In this document: one piece after another, positions 50,901 to 51,316 of the stretch
Numbering within the stretch: position 1 is the first letter of the stretch
Layout of the letters: the number at the start of each line of letters is the position of its first letter
Origin: Clostridiales bacterium
Lineage (GTDB): Bacteria; Bacillota; Clostridia; Oscillospirales; Acutalibacteraceae
NCBI GenBank assembly: GCA_022791355.1
Contig: JAAVYX010000089.1
Coordinates: forward strand, 1-51,316
Direction of reading: 5' to 3'
Length of the DNA: 51,316 bases
Program-made: the position numbers and the translations under genes
The notes under the pieces: generated by a model
Told to the model about the DNA's origin: nothing
The model's input: only the letters and a program-made list of their open reading frames with translations
Database searches by the model: none

Positions 50901-51316
50901 AAAGCGGGCGTAAACGCCTTCTGTGCCAAGCCCTTGTTCCTGTCCGATTTGAAAAACGCGCTGCGGGTTACTCATAATCTGGCACAAAAGGAGAGCGAAG
51001 CCGCCTCATGGTCCCAAGCCGATTTCAGCGGCAAGCGTATTCTGCTGGTGGAGGACAATGAGCTCAACCGGGAGATTGCCCAAGCCATCCTGGAGGAAAC
51101 AGGCTTTATGGTAGAGACCGCTCCCGACGGTACTGATGCGGTGTCCATGATGCAGCAGGCGGCGGAGAACTATTACGACGCCATTTTAATGGACGTGCAG
51201 ATGCCGGTGATGGACGGTTATGAAGCCACCCGAACCATTCGCGCTCTGCCCCGTAAGGAGGCTAAAAGCATCCCCATCATCGCCATGACGGCCAACGCCA
51301 TGGAGGAGGACAAGGA
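48000..51316 (+). CDS. Hybrid sensor histidine kinase, 3'-truncated by the window end: TM, Cache-like extracytoplasmic domain, TM, PAS-like region, HisKA, HATPase_c, REC, REC
   Basis: Hand translation from the ATG at 48000 (RBS GGGAGG, 9 nt upstream) stays open to the window end. H-box FLSNMSHDIRTPMNAIIGF, N-box NLLSNAVKYTP, G-boxes DNGIGM and GTGLGMAI. Receivers: MVVDDDPDSC...IIDWQMPEMSG and ILLVEDNELNREIA...ILMDVQMPVMDG. Absent from the supplied ORF track. Confidence 0.88.
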   Translation, partial: MSETKKFWQSILWVLLLLAAVVLLFRWYSTANSQRIETQNLNYTIDSARQTAKRIEGEFANAVLRIRNYAYLLDTSLSEPDVGLELLRGIEENSIFDAIHFTNKEGIDLASSGVTSNNRDKTYFIKGMQGASGLEVVFTPGAADEAVITFYAPLRHDGEVFGMLLGMYYAENYLQNMLAATYFGEAAGVYLCTQEGRVIACSGGSGAAHDSRPLLDRLREENLIDPDAAAEAWNIFHQGDGEGGVICDSKSATDNLCVLHIPNSDYVLVQTFPRSVTRAMIENANHTGIVLQCILIGLFALYILVLVIRSQRKRKLLERENREMGYVIDGVTSLFSCFVLVDLLEGSYCYLAGTKPEESAFATAGRYKELSAYFGSLLADENDRSKFLEQMEPEALAAGLGSGGANIQYEYRIRRANVVGWEHMNILCLEQKEGRASKALMFWQDVTKLKEEQLRTQAEISIANRKERQYRIAITSNAFCTFEFNLTKDLMEEDIARTINGRRVSLLEKVGLKAPCKASDCFERWKAFVLEESMDDYAAVVNLERLREGFEAGEAEATVDYWEWASDTEQMCVRQSFIMTRDSGTGDIMVMVVSKDITEQVQKQREQTQALHEALMQAQHANNAKTTFLSNMSHDIRTPMNAIIGFTTIAVTHIDNQERVRDSLQKVLSSSNHLLSLINDILDMSRIESGKVQIKEQECNISELTHNLVSIIQPQVKAKQMELFIDTFDVANEDVIADSLKLSQVFVNLLSNAVKYTPAGGTVSFRITQETTFHRGYGDYTFVVKDNGIGMSPEFVEHIFEPFEREASTTKTGIQGTGLGMAITKNIVDMMGGVIEVQSEKGKGSEFRVRLSLKLQDKEKNAAQIKELEGLRAMVVDDDPDSCDSVTRMLKQLGMRAEWTTSGREAVYRAKSAHNEGDCYHTYIIDWQMPEMSGVETARGIRAAVGPEAPIIVLTAYDWADIEEEARKAGVNAFCAKPLFLSDLKNALRVTHNLAQKESEAASWSQADFSGKRILLVEDNELNREIAQAILEETGFMVETAPDGTDAVSMMQQAAENYYDAILMDVQMPVMDGYEATRTIRALPRKEAKSIPIIAMTANAMEEDK

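Noticed and set aside
48066-50987. Minus-strand ORFs 48066-48710 (214 aa) and 49587-50987 (466 aa) listed in the track.
   Set aside because: They are antisense shadows of the + strand hybrid histidine kinase, whose H, N, G1 and G2 boxes and receiver motifs are explicit.

Overview
This 51.3 kb window looks like a high-GC Firmicutes (Clostridia-like) chromosome segment, based on gene order, TTG/GTG starts and strong GGAGG ribosome-binding sites. It is dominated by a Bacillus-type fla/che flagellar-chemotaxis supercluster. The left flank (1-6764) encodes three secreted cell-wall or surface proteins: an M23 peptidase, a 1150-aa dockerin-bearing HExxH/discoidin protein, and a PG-binding M14 peptidase.

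A near-consensus sigma-A promoter at 6974-7002 heads one long + strand operon running to 33778. Its order is flgB-flgC-fliE-fliF-fliG-fliH-fliI-fliJ-fliK-flgD-(TIGR02530-like)-flgE-flbD-motA-motB-fliM-fliY-cheY-fliO-fliP-fliQ-fliR-flhB-flhA-sigD-flgF-flgG-cheC-cheD-cheV, ending in an EAL-like/HDOD gene.

The region after that operon contains:
- A convergent minus-strand pair (33950-35677): an orphan ParA-type ATPase plus a partner with a basic tail, a disordered region and a ComFB domain.
- fliD-fliS-fliT-like, an orphan FtsE-like ABC ATPase, and an MCP.
- A DUF342(FapA)/actin-like ATPase/membrane-protein module.
- A hybrid sensor kinase that runs off the 3' end. The supplied ORF track does not list it.

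fliL, flhF and flhG are absent from their usual positions. cheA, cheW, cheB, cheR, flagellin and the hook-junction genes are not in the window.

The most interesting candidates are:
- The ParA/ComFB pair, as a possible nucleotide-second-messenger-responsive positioning module in a locus lacking FlhF/FlhG.
- The apparently catalytically degenerate EAL-HDOD protein.
- The DUF342 plus 676-aa actin-fold ATPase module with beta-grasp-like C-terminal repeats.
- A 4 x 29 bp tandem hairpin array.
- Several unusually long, structured intercistronic spacers inside the flagellar operon, including a MITE-like inverted-repeat insert between fliR and flhB.

All family assignments come from motif recognition by eye. 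No database search was run.
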